Shown: positions 1 through 12,660 of the stretch, piece by piece | How the letters are laid out: the number at the start of each line of letters is the position of its first letter | Numbering within the stretch: position 1 is the first letter of the stretch | Assembly: GCA_013239625.1 (NCBI GenBank) | Contig: PNXV01000239.1 | Span: 124,001 to 188,000, forward strand | Reading direction: 5' to 3' | Length of the DNA stretch: 64,000 nt | From: Lama guanicoe | Lineage: Eukaryota | Program-made: the position numbers and the translations under genes | Notes under the pieces: generated by a model | Database searches by the model: none | Seen by the model: the letters and a program-made list of their open reading frames with translations, nothing else | What the model was told of the DNA's origin: nothing

Positions 1-2132
1 TGCATAGGATCCTCAGTGATGAACCCTGGCTACCTTTTATACAGCCCTCCCATGGGATGCAGGATGTTCAAGGGTGGCAAACAGGTCCAACGAGGAAGAG
101 GAGGAACTTACCTAAGGTTACCTAGTGAGTCATGGCACAGGCAAGAACAGAACCAGAATCCTGATTGGTCTTCTCCACCTGACCTAGAATCACAGAAATT
201 CAGAGCTAAGAGAGATCTTAGGTGTCATCTTGTCCAATCCCTCACTTTACAGGTGGTGTGAGTGAGGCCCGGTGACAGGAGCCAAGGTCAAGCAGAAGGT
301 CCTGAGAGGGCTGGCATGGGAGCCAGATTTCCTGACTTTGAGATCCAGCTCCTTCCTCACACTTGACCCAGAACCACAGGTAGAGCAACCATAGCACAGA
401 GACACCACGACACAGAGACATTTCTCCACCACCTCAGATCCTTGAGAAATCTTCCTATTTCCCCACTAAATATGGAATCAACTGATGAAAAATGTGGCTT
501 TTTCTTTTAGCATGTCTGAGAGAAACATCCACAGAGCTGTCATCACCATCCTCAGTAGGGTTCTTCACGCCTTGCTTGGCCTTGGAGCTCGTTTGCGGTT
601 AAAAAATAAGTCTAAAGAAAAGGCCTCAAGAGCAGCAGGAGATTCACCCGCTCATATAGGGCTCTCTTTGTCCTCCTTTGGTTATGATTGGCTCGTTTCT
701 AAGGTAAAAATAAGATAGACTATGTCCCTCAAAGAAAAGCATTCTGGAGTTGAAGCCCTTTGAGAAATCTCTGCTTGGGATTTCTCCTCAGCCCACATTG
801 TAGAGACAACCCTAGGACCTGCTCTGAGGGAAGGTGGGAAGAAGTTTCTAGAAAACAGGGAATCTGGGGCACCAGCCAGAGCCCTGACCTTCCAGGCAGT
901 TCCCCATGCTCAGCCGTTTCCTCTCCACAAGGAGCTTCCTCTAGAGGTTTAGAAGCCAGTGACAGGGAGAGGAGGTGGTGCTGGGTTAAAGGAAAGCAGA
1001 CCAGGGGTCACTGGCTACTCTGCATGCCCGGCCCATTCCTGCCCCTCCCCTGGCAGTAGGGCCCTGCTTCTTGGGGGAGGAGAGGGACCTAAGGGGAGGG
1101 AATCTGGAGGAACTGCCCTTGCTGTCATCCCTGGACACAGGGATTGGCTCAAGGATATGCCCATTACCTCAGCCCAGCCAATCAGAGCCCTTCCAGGGTT
1201 TCAGCCATCTTTCAGGAGGCATCAAATCTTGCCCTCCACCCAGAGAGATATGAAAAGAGAGGCAATGAGCTCTCGTGACATCATTTGGGCTCATGGCTCA
1301 ATAACCCCTAAAGATACATCTGCCCTTGACCTTCTCAGTTTTAAACTAATACATCCCTTTTTCTGCTCACAGAGTAGGGTTTCTGTCACTTAGAACCAAA
1401 AGAAATCTGTGGGAATCAGGGAATTCCACATGAGGGCTCTTTGTTGTCCAAAACTTTTGAGAATTCTGCCCCTTCCCCTTCCCCTAGCTTTAAGAAGACA
1501 TCAGAGGAATATTCCCCCCTTTCCCACACACACCACTGAGCTGGGAGGGTGGGTAAGGGGCATGCGGGCCTTAGAAGCCTCAGGAAGCTAAAGAAAGGTC
1601 AGTGGGCCAGGTTGCGTGGCCCCAGGAAGGGCTCGATGTCAGTTCCAAGCTCTCTGCCCTTGTCCCCTGCCTATGCCCTACCTCCTCAGCTGGCCACAGC
1701 TTACTTGGCCCTGAGAAGCAGGGTTTGTGAGGTCCTGGGCAGCAAATGATTAACACACTCTTTTGAAAAAAGGATGAGTCCCTACCCCACACCAAAACCC
1801 CTGCCAAGCCCCACAGGCTCACTCAGTCATCCTTGGCCTGAAACTGTGTAGTCCTGGATGGGTCTTGCTTGGACATGACTGTTCACTGCCTGGTTCCTTC
1901 AGGTCCGACTTCCAGGAGCCCCAAGCCCCAGGGGGACATCCACTGAGCCTGTGCTCTTTGTCAGGGCTCCTGCTGGGCACCAGGGAACAGCAGTGAAAAG
2001 GACACAGGTCTCAGGAAGCTCACAGGCTAAAGGGGAAGCAGGAGCGTAAAGAAGAAATGATGACAGCATGTGATAAGCACCTTGCTCAGAGCCGGGAGCC
2101 AGAAGACGCCTCCCGGGGGTGGAAGCTCCATA

Positions 2133-2295
2133 CACGGCTGGCTTTGTGGGCATGTCACGTGTGCAGTTGCTTACCAGAGTTCCATATTTGACTTAATGTT
2201 CTGCTGTCGCTGTTTGGAAATTCTTAATAGCTTTTGAACAAGAGGCCCAACATTTTATTTTGTACTGGGTCCAACAAACTATGTAGCCAGCCCTA
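2133..2295. mobile_element. MER45A-like hAT-Tip100 MITE
   Basis: Ends cacggctggc... and ...aaactatgtagccagccct; internal gaaattcttaatagcttttgaacaag. Confidence 0.7.
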
Positions 2296-4869
2296 CACCT
2301 AGACCTGAAATGAAGATGAGTAGGCGCTGGTTAGTAAAAGAGGGAAGGAAGGGGAAAGCATAGGGTGGGAACTGGCAGGCCAACTCCTGCAGAAGGCACA
2401 CACCTGCCGGGGGTGCTGGGGCTGCCCTCCTCCCCAGGCCAACTGGGTTGTCACATGTTAATCATTTACCCTGGAATCCACGTGGCCTCAGATGCCTGAA
2501 GGTTCAGAGAGCATTGCATTCTGTCTGTGTGTGATAACACGGGTCACAGCTCTAAACCTTCAGAGCTGGGTGCAGCTTTCTACTTCCCCACTTATCTGGT
2601 TACGTGGCTTTAGATGATTCATTCAACCTCTCTGAGTTTCCGGTTCCACATCTGTAAAATGGGCGTGATATCTCACGTAGGAGTTCATGTAGGTGAAAGT
2701 GCTTTGTAAGCACTGAGGTAATATTTGTTCTCTTCCCAGACAAGACGGATGTAAAATGAACACCTTCTATAAGTGCAGGGGCCAGCCCAATCATCTAACT
2801 CCTTAACAGCAGAATGTATCTTGCAACGGAAACTGTTAGGGAGACTCTTGACAAGCTATGGGAGAGGGAAGGTAAGATTCTGAAGACAAGGCTCAAAAAG
2901 AGACACAGGCACAGTTCTGTTCAAAAGGATTAGAAATTTGGGAGTGGAAGGAAGAGAAAGGTGAGCGGGGGGGGGCAATGTTCAAGTAACATGGTAAGAG
3001 TTCGAAGAACAGAGACATCAGACATGTAATATCAAGTCCTCCGTGTCACTATAAAATAAACCCTCTCCTTCCCTTCACTTCACCCGCTCCCACAAAGTGT
3101 CCCTAAACTTTCAGTAACATTTACTGTACAAGCAAAAGTCTTGTGGGGTTTGGTGGAAATGAAAGAAAGGGATAAATTCTATGTTTGGATGGAAGCCAAA
3201 ATGAGGACAAAAGCAGCAGCAGAGGGGAAAACACGCTCCCTGCACAAGCAGGGACAGGGAGCCAGAGGTGACCGTGAGTACAAGCTCCGCAGAAATGCAC
3301 GGAAGTACTAGAAAGGCGCTGGCACGGGAGGTACGGGAAGTCTGGACGGACCCCCCAGATCTCTCCGGGCAGCGTCACCCTTGCTGACATCTAGCTTCCA
3401 TGAGTAACAAGGAACACTTTATCCCTCAGAGCCATCAGTCTCAAAGATCCTGACTGCAAGGGCAGACATACTAGAAAGCAAGACCAGTAACACTGTGGGG
3501 TAACTGCATCACAAAATAAAGTCCACACGCAAGGCCCTGGAGGCGGTGAAAGTGGAGGATCTGCCATCCTGAAGCCAGGCGGCTTTGCCTCCAGGTCGCG
3601 CCTGCCCTCTTGGCTCTGGTCCACCCTGCCCTAACTGGACAGCTAGGGCTCTGTGCCAGGAGGAAACGCATTTGCTTTCTCTCCAACTGAATTCCAATGC
3701 GAAAGACCCAGGGCAGTGTTTGAAACCACAGGGACACCTTTTAAGATGTAGTGTTGACTTAAATTATTTTTGCAAAACAAGTTACCTAATATGTTTAAAC
3801 TAGACAAACTCATACTTATATCCTTCACATAAAAGCCAAACAAATGTACAATGTAAATGTAAAGAAAATGACAAAAACAATGAAAACATCTTAACAACAC
3901 TGATTTAAAGGGATAGATGAGGTTCTGCTGAAACAGACGTTGCAGCTCACAGCACAAGCACGGCACCAACTGCTCCCGGGCACGTCCCTTTGAATTCAGC
4001 CTGCCTGGTGTGATGACTCAATTATTACACTGATTTTCTTTATTTAAACTACCGTGAAAACTTCATTTATTCAGTACGCTGTGATATCATTTGGCCTTCA
4101 CTCAACTCTAACACATCACCTCGCTATTAAATCCGCCTCTGTTGTTCTCTCATGAGCCATTGACAATCATGGGGCCACCCAGATAATAAACACGAGTCTA
4201 ACGGTGACCGAGGGCTGATGCTCACTAAGCCCTTGGTAAGGTGCTCTGCAGGCATAATCTCATTCGGATCTCACAGGGACCCCACAGTAAGATTACTGCC
4301 ACCCTTTTATAGCTCAGGGCCCTCAGGCACAGAGCGTGAGTGCTGTCCTGGGTCAGACAGCTGGGATGGGGAGTGCGAATTTGCACACAGGCAGTCTGAT
4401 GCCGGAACACATCCCCTTTGTGTATACTTCCTTAAACTGCCTCATTAGAAGTAGCTGGATTCAGATGACTGAGAATATGCCTAATTTGTTTTAGATGATT
4501 TTGAAATGAAAACACAATCTTTTAAAATTTTATAGGTCTGCCTATCTCAGATTCATTCACATCATCCCCTGAGGCTCTAAACCCGTGGCCTGAGCGTCTC
4601 TGGCCCCGGGCAGTGTGAGCAGGGGGAAACCCTCACTGCTCTGAGGTGCAGGTAAGCCAACAACATGGAAGAAGCTATACAGAGACAAACTCTGCCCAAG
4701 CTGCCCACTGCCCAGATCCGCCCACCCTGCCCCTGAGCATTCAGGCCTCCAAGATCTGGCAGGACTCTGCCAGCATCCCAGGGCAGGGCAAGCAAGGTAG
4801 AAGATGCTCACCCTTCTGTGGAGAAATGCCAGCCTTGGATATGACAGTCACTGCTCAGAAATGACCAGG

Positions 4870-5400
4870 CTGGCCAAAACCGGAATTACCCAAATGCTAT
4901 CTTCAGTAGAACAGAAAAAAATGTGATGCAGTATATTCACAGAGTAGAATACAGCAGAACCAGAGGAAACAACCCTACATGTGACAGTAAAAGTGAACCT
5001 AACAAACATATGAAGTGGAAGAAGCCAGACATGAAAGAAGACATACTCTAAGATTCCACTGATACAAAGTTCAAAAACCAGCAAAACTAACCTCTTAGAT
5101 ACCAGAGTAGTGGTGACCCTTGGTGGGGACGGGTCGTGGGGAAGATGGTTAGAGAAGGGCTCTTGAGTGCTTGTAATGTTCTGGTTCTTGGTCTGAGCAC
5201 TGGTTACAGCACTGTCTTCTCTTTAAGAAAATTCTTTGAACTGTACACTTATGATGTGATATTTTATATATACACACACACACACATATATATATATACA
5301 CACATACATGCACATATATATAATCACACATGTGTGTGAACATGTGTACAAAACCACACACACACATATAGATATAATCACATGCGGTTATACCTCAATA
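4870..5400 (+). mobile_element. Ancient L1M(D/E)-type 3' end with embedded microsatellite
   Basis: gaagaagccagacatgaaagaagacatactc...caaagttcaaaaaccagcaaaactaacc...gaactgtacactta pattern. Confidence 0.7.
5265..5375. repeat. Compound (TA)n/(CA)n microsatellite
   Basis: tatatatacacacacacacacatatatatatatacacacatacatgcacatatata... Confidence 0.9.
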
Positions 5401-8154
5401 CAATACGCCTTCTCCTCAGCAGGAAAAAAAATCAACGTGTGAGTCTATGAAGATTCGGCAGCATAAAGATAAACAACAGGCCAAGACTAAAGTACTTTGG
5501 GAAAAGATTTCCCTCAGGAAACAAGTAAATATCAAATCTTATCTGCTCTGCAGTTTCAAGAAAAACTAGTAAGACCTGGTTTCTATGAGACAAGAGATTA
5601 CAGTTAAACTGTTGAGACAAGGGCTGAGAAGGAAAGGAGAAAAGGATGGGAGAAAAGGAGGGGGAGGGGGGAGGGAAATTCTGGGATGAGGGCAGTGTCA
5701 GAAGCCCACATACTTAACTCCTTCCCTCGCCCAGTTCCTTGCTACAATGGCCCACCCAACAGGGGGAAATCTGTGTGACAGTTCTACCTAGACCATTTCT
5801 GGAAGCTAGGGAAAGTGTCTCATGCACACTCCTGAAAGTTCAAGCAACTGCACTGTTTGGGAAGGGGAGAAAATCCAGGCCACCCCCTTCCCACTGTTTG
5901 CACAGAAGGCTACTTGGAAGTAGATTCTAACTCAGTAGTGGGAAAGCCCAGTGGAATGTTACCAGCATTTCTGGATTTGCTTTTAGAGCCTCCATTCTGA
6001 TATCAAAGGGCCAGCAGATGTGAGGCTGTTATCTCAATGGAGGCCTGCAGGGAGTTATGATTTCACGTGATTTCCGCAAAAGAACCCTACAACATCCACC
6101 TTCACTCACTAATCACCCCTGACCCTGTACTTACAGCCTAGAGGGTGGTGAGGGTGGGCATTGTTGGTCAAAATTAGACGAGGCAAGAGAGTAGAGTTCA
6201 TGGAGCAAAATCCACCTCTTTCCCATCCCCTGGGTAGCAGGGGGTGCACTAGACAAGTTCTCCTCCCCCATAAGGTTAGAAGTACCTGAAGTATTCACAC
6301 ATATCCTCTCCCCTTCGCCAAGTAAGGGACTGGTAACACCTTTACCTGAAAACTTCAGAAACACTGGACTGCCCAAAGCTCAGGGCTGGTGCTGCAGGGA
6401 TATGGAGAAAGGGGCCCTGCTGAAGGGAAGAAGGGCCAGGGGTGGCCAGCAGTACTCCCACAGAGTGACTTGACAGGAGACATGGGTTTCTCATGGGTTG
6501 AGTGGACACAGGAATGTTGGGCGGTGGGGGTGGGGTTTAGACATCTTAAGAGAGGCTGAGGGGCGGTCCACCTGTGGGGCAGGCTGAGGAGGAGGAAGAA
6601 GGCTGAGCTTCCGGAGTAGGCGTCTGTATTTACTATCCTCAGAGCATCCCGAGGTCCCAGGACAAACACAAAGGGATCATCTGCAAGAATCACACCCATC
6701 ACCTTCAAGGAAACTCCTTCCGGGGTAAAATCCTACTTTTGCACATGGCTTTGCAAAATGAGATCTTTCTTTTCCCCATTCTCTGATCTACCCAAAGTAT
6801 ATCTCCAAGGGGGAAGATATGACTTGGCAGGGCAGATGTCATTTGCTTGGCCTCTTGGAGATGAAAGTTACAAGGTATCTGCGTGTGCAACCCTGTCCTC
6901 ATAGTCCTGTTCTAGTCATAAGGCTTCTGAAGGAGCAGTTCTGGAGGAGGGGGAACCAGACAGTGACAAGCCCAGAAATCATGTCAAGGGGACACAGCTG
7001 AAGGAAGATTTGGGAGCAGTGGGAAAGCACAGCATGACAACTACTACCTCCCAAGGGAAGCCACCTAATACAAAAGAAGTGTCTTCCTCCTCATCTCTCC
7101 AAAGGGACAAAGGAGGACAAACTGCAGCAGGTTCAAGGAGACAGTTCTGGCTCAGCAAGCGTAACAGTTCACACAACGAACAGAACGCCTCATGAGGAAG
7201 TAGCCACCCTCTCTCTGGAAGAGTTCAAACAGGGAGGCTGAAGAGAGGCTGGAATGGATTAACGCCCAAGACCGTTGTTTCGGAGGTTGCAAACTGACAG
7301 CATGCATGTCATATGGTGTAAACAGATGTGCCTGCTCTTGTGAGTACAAGGTTTGCCTATAAAGTGCCCAATATATTAGTAGTAGCAGTATTAATATTAC
7401 TATTATTTAAATAAAGCCTGTATTTCTGGTTTCTCTTGAAAACCAGAACAGAGCTGAGCAGAGGTGCCCCACTCCGTAGGTCATACATCCTGCAGATCAC
7501 CATGGCCACCACCCCACCGCTGTACCCAACATCGAGGCCAAGTGTCCCCTGACATTCATCATTCTGCTTGTACTGTGGGGTTTTCCCTTATACCCAGCCC
7601 ACCTAACACAAGTATATTATTACCAGCTTTCTCTCTGCAGGCACGTGAGTGGGTGACTTCCGCTGTATTCTATAACTCTCAACCTTCATCTGGGACAGTG
7701 GCATACAGCTGTGTTCTTCTCAATTCTCCCTCTCTCCCTGTGCTCCCTGAAGATCTGCAGTGCACGTGAACAGCACAGGAAATCACCAAAAGGTCATCTG
7801 CACCTGGCCCTGGAGTGAGGCTCCCAATAATCCAATGGAAAGGAGAAAAGCAGCCCCTGGGGTACACATGGACTGGTGGATCATGAAGCCACACCACCTC
7901 CAGAACAGCAGCCATTTTACATTTTTAAAGGGACATTATTCCTCTTTGAAGGAACATTACTATCTAGTTGACTCCCTTTTAGAAGAGTTCAGAGCCTCCT
8001 GTTATTTAATGAAATCAGCAATAAACAGAGAAACTGTCTTGTCTGCTAGCCTGGAGTGAAAACAAGAGAGTTTGGACAATGACCTGGATCAGAAGAAAGT
8101 TAGGAGGCCCTACTCGCTCAAAGAACCTAGGATTCTGAGAACTGATACTAATAT

Positions 8155-8385
8155 TAGCAGCCAACACTTACTAAATGCTTTCCATGGGCCAGACACTGTG
8201 TGAGCACATCAGTGGCTTATCTCACATGATTATGTAATAACACCACGGGACAGGTATTACGATTAACCTCAGTTATACAGATGAAAAAACTCAGGCACAG
8301 AGAGGTAAAGTAACTTGTCCAAGATCACACATCTAGTGATGATGGAGCCAGAATTTAAATCCAGACAATCTAACTCCAGAGACAC
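8155..8385. mobile_element. MIR (representative; many others, e.g. ~15680-15850, 16310-16545, 18860-19035, 45370-45540, 59355-59440)
   Basis: Core tacagatgaaaaaactcaggcacagagaggtaaagtaacttgtccaagatcacacatctagt. Confidence 0.85.
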
Positions 8386-9013
8386 TAGAGGAGAAATGAT
8401 GAAGATGCCAACAAGATCTGACAATTTCTGAAGGGAATTTCTTCTCCCTACCCATTAAATGATGTGGCCACATTTCTTGCTAAGCATACCAAAACCAAAA
8501 AAACACAGAAGTCTAAAATTTCATTTTTCTGGCTTACAAATATGTGAAAGTTAAACTACAAATATTCCCCTGTTATTTGAGTCTTTAAAATACACAACAA
8601 TTAAAAAAGACAATTTCCCTGGAACTAAAGCTCTTTTGCAGAATCTGGTTCACATTCAGAATTCAAAATGGAATATAAAATAAAACTATTCAATGTCTGC
8701 AATGTCGGATCATTTCTTTCAAGATTCTATAACTAAACATTGTGAAACATGTGCTTTACATGTGGAACTGAATTTCCTTTATGTTCAGCCATGCAAAATG
8801 TTACTGTCAGAGTTGACATTTGTTTTGTGACCCTGCACGCTAGTGGGGCAGTGCACTGTGACCTCTGAGATGATGTGATATTATGAAGCATACATGCAAA
8901 AGTAAACACTGTTTCTCTCTTTCCAACGTTTTATAGGAAAGCTGTCAATGAGAATCCTATTTGCAAATGACTTGTGTGTTTAAATGGACCTCACTCCCTT
9001 AAAATTATATACT

Positions 9014-9897
9014 TGGGAAAATTGGTCAGCTACATGCAAAAGAATCAAACTGGACTACTTTCTCACACCATCCACAAAAATAAAGCCAAAATAGATTAAA
9101 GACTTAAATATAAGACCAGAAGCCATAACTTCTAGAAGAAAACAGGCAGTACTCTCTTTGACATTGGTCTTAGTAACATTTTTTGGATATGCCTCCTTAG
9201 GCAAGGGAAACAAAAGCAAATATAAACAAATGGGACCACATCAAACTAAAAAGTTTTTGCAGTAAAGGAAACTATCATAAAATGAAAAGGCTGCCTACTG
9301 AATGCGAGAAGATATTTGCAGACAATTTACAGTAACAATATTTGTATAACAACAAATATACAAAGAACTCATACAACTCAATATCAAAAAAAAACCCCAA
9401 ACAACCCAATTTTAAAATGGGCAGAAACAACCCAATGGTATATTTATACAATGGATACTACTCAGCCATAAAAAAGAATAAAATAATGCCATTTGCAGCA
9501 ACATGGATGGACCTGGAGATCGTCATACTAAGTGAAGTAAGCCAGAAAGAGAAAAAAAAAAAAAACCATATGATATCTAAAAAAAAAACACACAAATGAA
9601 ATTACTCACAAAACACAAAAAGACTCACAGACATAGAAAACAAACTTATGGCTACTGGCAGGGAAGGAGTTGGGAAGGGATAAATTGGAAGTCTGAGATT
9701 TGCAGATACTAACTACTATATACAAAACAGATAAACAACAACTTTCTACACAGGAAACTATATTCAATACACTGTAGTAACTAAAATGAAAAAGAACATG
9801 AAAAAGAATACGTGTATGTACATGTATAACTAAAACATCATGCTGTACACCAGAAACTGACACAACATTATAAACTGACTACACTTCAATTAAAAAA
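9014..9897 (+). mobile_element. 5'-truncated L1 (ORF2 C-terminus + artiodactyl-type 3'UTR)
   Basis: Degenerate ORF2 text (aaaagaatcaaactggactactttctcacacc; YYSAIKKNKIMPFAATWMDLEIVILSEVSQ), 3'UTR ending gctgtacaccagaaactgacacaacatt...caattaaaaaa; apparent internal deletion near 9430. Confidence 0.9.
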
Positions 9898-10245
9898 TCT
9901 TATTTGTCAAAACACATTAATTCTTTGGGCTTATTTTCAATTGAAAATGATATTACTCAAAAATAGATGTTAGAAATTATATGATGATGTTTTGCTGACC
10001 AGAAAACCTAAATTTTTAAAAATGTTTTCTCAATAAGATTGCACTCAGTAAGAGAAATAAGATTATCAGTAAGAGAAATAACACTGTCCCATAGTAAGAA
10101 AAGGAAAAAATTCAACATGGAAGGTAGCTCAAATAACTTAAGGCATAATATTTACTAGTGCATATAATAATGGAACACAGAGAAATTCATGATTTTGTTG
10201 AAAGAAAATCAGTTTCCCTTTGACAAGCGACCCGATAAACCCAAC

Positions 10246-10279
10246 GGCAGTACACCACAAAGGCCACAAGGTGTCGCTA
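10246..10279 (+). promoter_or_regulatory. Candidate CTCF site with upstream motif
   Basis: Core GGCCACAAGGTGTCGCTA (10262-10279) plus GGCAGTAC starting 18 nt before the core CCA; a small CpG-retaining patch in AT-rich DNA. Confidence 0.6.
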
Positions 10280-10729
10280 TCTGACAACCTCTTGCTTTGC
10301 AGCTAACGCTAGGCGCCTGTAGGTAAAGAGGGGAGGGTTGTGAGGGATGTTGATTATATTTTGATGTAACCAAAAGTACATCCATTAGGATATTTAGCAA
10401 TTAGTGCATCTAGATTAACAGGAATTTCCCTCTACTGCTCCTAAACCTAAAATTTAAACCTTTTTTTCCCTCTGGAGCAACCCTGAGCATACAGATTATT
10501 ACTGCAGATTAGGGACACCAAGACAAAATTTTTCCATCATTACCTTTTTAGGTCTTCGTATTCAGTGGGATGTCCTGGGTAGGAATTATAATCACTATTT
10601 TACAGATGAGGAAACCAAAGCCAGAAAGGTTTTAATGGGCCAATGAAAATTCCAGTGCCCAGGTTTCCTAACACCCACCACTGCAGCTGGGGCCTGTACA
10701 CCATGCCCCTCCCTAATTCCCTCAGCATG

Positions 10730-11214
10730 GAGGTGGTCGGGAATAGGGTTTGCCTGGGACCCTGGGCTGCAATGCTTGCACCAGGATAAACAGGATACAA
10801 AGAAACTATAAAGGACTAAAAATAACTGTATGCATGCACAGTTGGGGCAAGTTATGAACAATAAGATATTAAAAGACCAAAAACCCAACTGCCTCTTCTG
10901 AACTATCGGGAGCAATAGCAGGGTCCCCAGAGCAGAAGCAAGATAACTGCATATAATTCCTGCACACAGCACCACCAAGGGGGTGGGCAGACCACCTAAG
11001 CCACCCCTGCAGCCCAACCCCTGGGCCTGCCCCTACCCTTGCCTTATTTAAGGGACCAGTTCCCCCACCCCCTCAGGGAGCGAGTAAGGGAACCTGTTAC
11101 TTGTTATTGCTTCCTCATGCTGCGGCACGAGTCCCACTAAAACCTTGCCTGAATTTCTCCTCTGGCCTGTTATCAATTTATATTGATTAAGGCCAAGAAC
11201 CCTGGTCGGTAACA
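10730..11214 (+). mobile_element. Solo ERV LTR (ERV1-like), 5' boundary approximate
   Basis: Ends ...aagaaccctggtcggtaaCA; TATA-like TTATTTAAGG ~11044; degenerate poly(A) signal ACTAAA ~11136; U3-R-U5-like layout; no internal ERV sequence; TSD not resolved. Confidence 0.7.
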
Positions 11215-11529
11215 TCATTTATAATTATAATTCCAGCAGTGAACCTGTGTTAAATAAATTACTGGCTAAGGCAATCTCAGTCTCATGAGCATAACTTGCC
11301 CCGAAGAAAACAAAGAAGATTTTTCTTAAGGACGGCTGATGGGGAGAAGCAAAAGATAAAGAAGCTAAGGAAGGGCTAGAGAAGAAGCCTGAAGCCCCTA
11401 AAAAGGTGGACAGAAATGGGCTCCACAGAATGCGCCTTAAGGAAGGAGAAACTTAAGGACAAAAGGTAGAACTGGGCAGGAAGCTGAGCGAGCCTGTCAA
11501 CCTGGGTATATTTGTTGGTTTACAAAATT

Positions 11530-12660
11530 TACTGAGCCCAATCCCGCCCCAGGCACTGGGCCCTATATAAGGCGAGCAGCCCGGGAAAGAGTCAAGTGGG
11601 AACTGGGACCGAGGGAGAAGAGACCACCACGGTCAGCTGCGACTCACCGGGGCGCTAAAGCAACAGACCCCACGAGGCACGCGCGCCGTGTGCGTCGCCG
11701 GAAGTGGTGGCACCGAGCCGGGCGTCCCTTTTAGCCAATGGCAGCGCGGTGCGCCGTCCGCCGTCCGACCGTGACCTGCGCGGCACCTGAGAAGAAAAGG
11801 CGGGAGGCCCGTAAGGCGCGAGAAGGAGCTATCCTTCTACGTTATTGCGCGAGTTACCGGAGCATGTAGTCGAGGCCGGGCGTCACTTCCAGCTTCTTTT
11901 CCGCAGGTTAACCTAGCTCAGGAACACGACGCCTTCAACCTGAAGACCCCCTCACGCCGCAACTGCCCTCAGTAAAGATGGCGGATAGACGCGAAGGAAA
12001 GCCGGAAGTAGGCGGAGTGGGAGGAGCCGGTAGAGGGCGTGTCGGGGCGTGGGCTGGCTGCAGAAGGGTTCCGATGGGCGTGACCAGCTGCCCCTACTGG
12101 GGTTTTGATCAATTAGGTGCACTCACAGCAGCCAGCCGTGTCCCTCCGTCGTCTCCTGGGGGCGGGTCACCACTGGCCCCGCCCCATCCAGAAAGCTCCC
12201 TCTTAGACAATTTCCCCTCGGTCTCCGAGATTTGACCGGAGTTCGGCTGCTGACCTCCAGTCCCTCGGTGGTCCCTATCAGCGATGGAGGGCGCCGAGGA
12301 AAACCCCGCGGAGTCTGGCTCCTCCGCCCCCAGGTCCGAAGAGCCTGCCAGCTCGGCCAAGGGCCGCGAGGTATTGCCTCCCGAGGAGCCGGAGGGCTGC
12401 GCCCGGCCCCTGGAGACAACTCCTAAGAAACTTTGTGGATATCTAAGTAAGTTTGGCGGCAAAGGGCCCATCCGGGGCTGGAAATCCCGCTGGTTCTTCT
12501 ACGACGAGAGGAAATGTCACCTGTATTATTCGCGGACCGCACAGGATGCCAATCCCTTGGACAGCATCGACGTCTCCACTGCAGTCTTTGACTGCAAGGC
12601 AGACGCTGAGGAAGGGACTTTCGAAATCAAGACTCCCAGCCGGATTATTACTTTGAAGGT
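11530..12660. promoter_or_regulatory. TBC1D2 CpG-island promoter
   Basis: Visibly CpG-dense. CCAAT 11538, GC box 11543, TATATAA 11564, ETS CCGGAAGT 11698 and 12002, AGCCAAT ~11733, YY1 AAGATGGCGG 11975, GGGCGGG ~12160. Confidence 0.85.
12284..12658 (+). CDS. TBC1D2: TBC1D2 coding exon 1 (N-terminus and most of the PH domain)
   Basis: gcgATGg Kozak context; MEGAEENPAES...RIITLK; donor AAG|GTAAAT; 375 nt, phase 0. Confidence 0.96.

Noticed and set aside
7760..8059. 99-aa ORF with nearby AATAAA (~8019), possible retrocopy
   Set aside because: No recognisable parent protein in any frame I read, no poly(A) tail and no TSD.
10046..10081. Short direct repeats (cagtaagagaaataa x2; also cagtcctgcaca x2 at ~37613)
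   Set aside because: Isolated two-copy slippage duplications, not an array.
1..10200. GABBR2 terminal exons expected upstream by synteny
   Set aside because: No GABA-B receptor-like coding sequence found; the gene end presumably lies outside the window.
11561..11572. SRF CArG box at ccctatataagg
   Set aside because: Seven A/T bases between CC and GG rather than six; better read as a TATA-like element.
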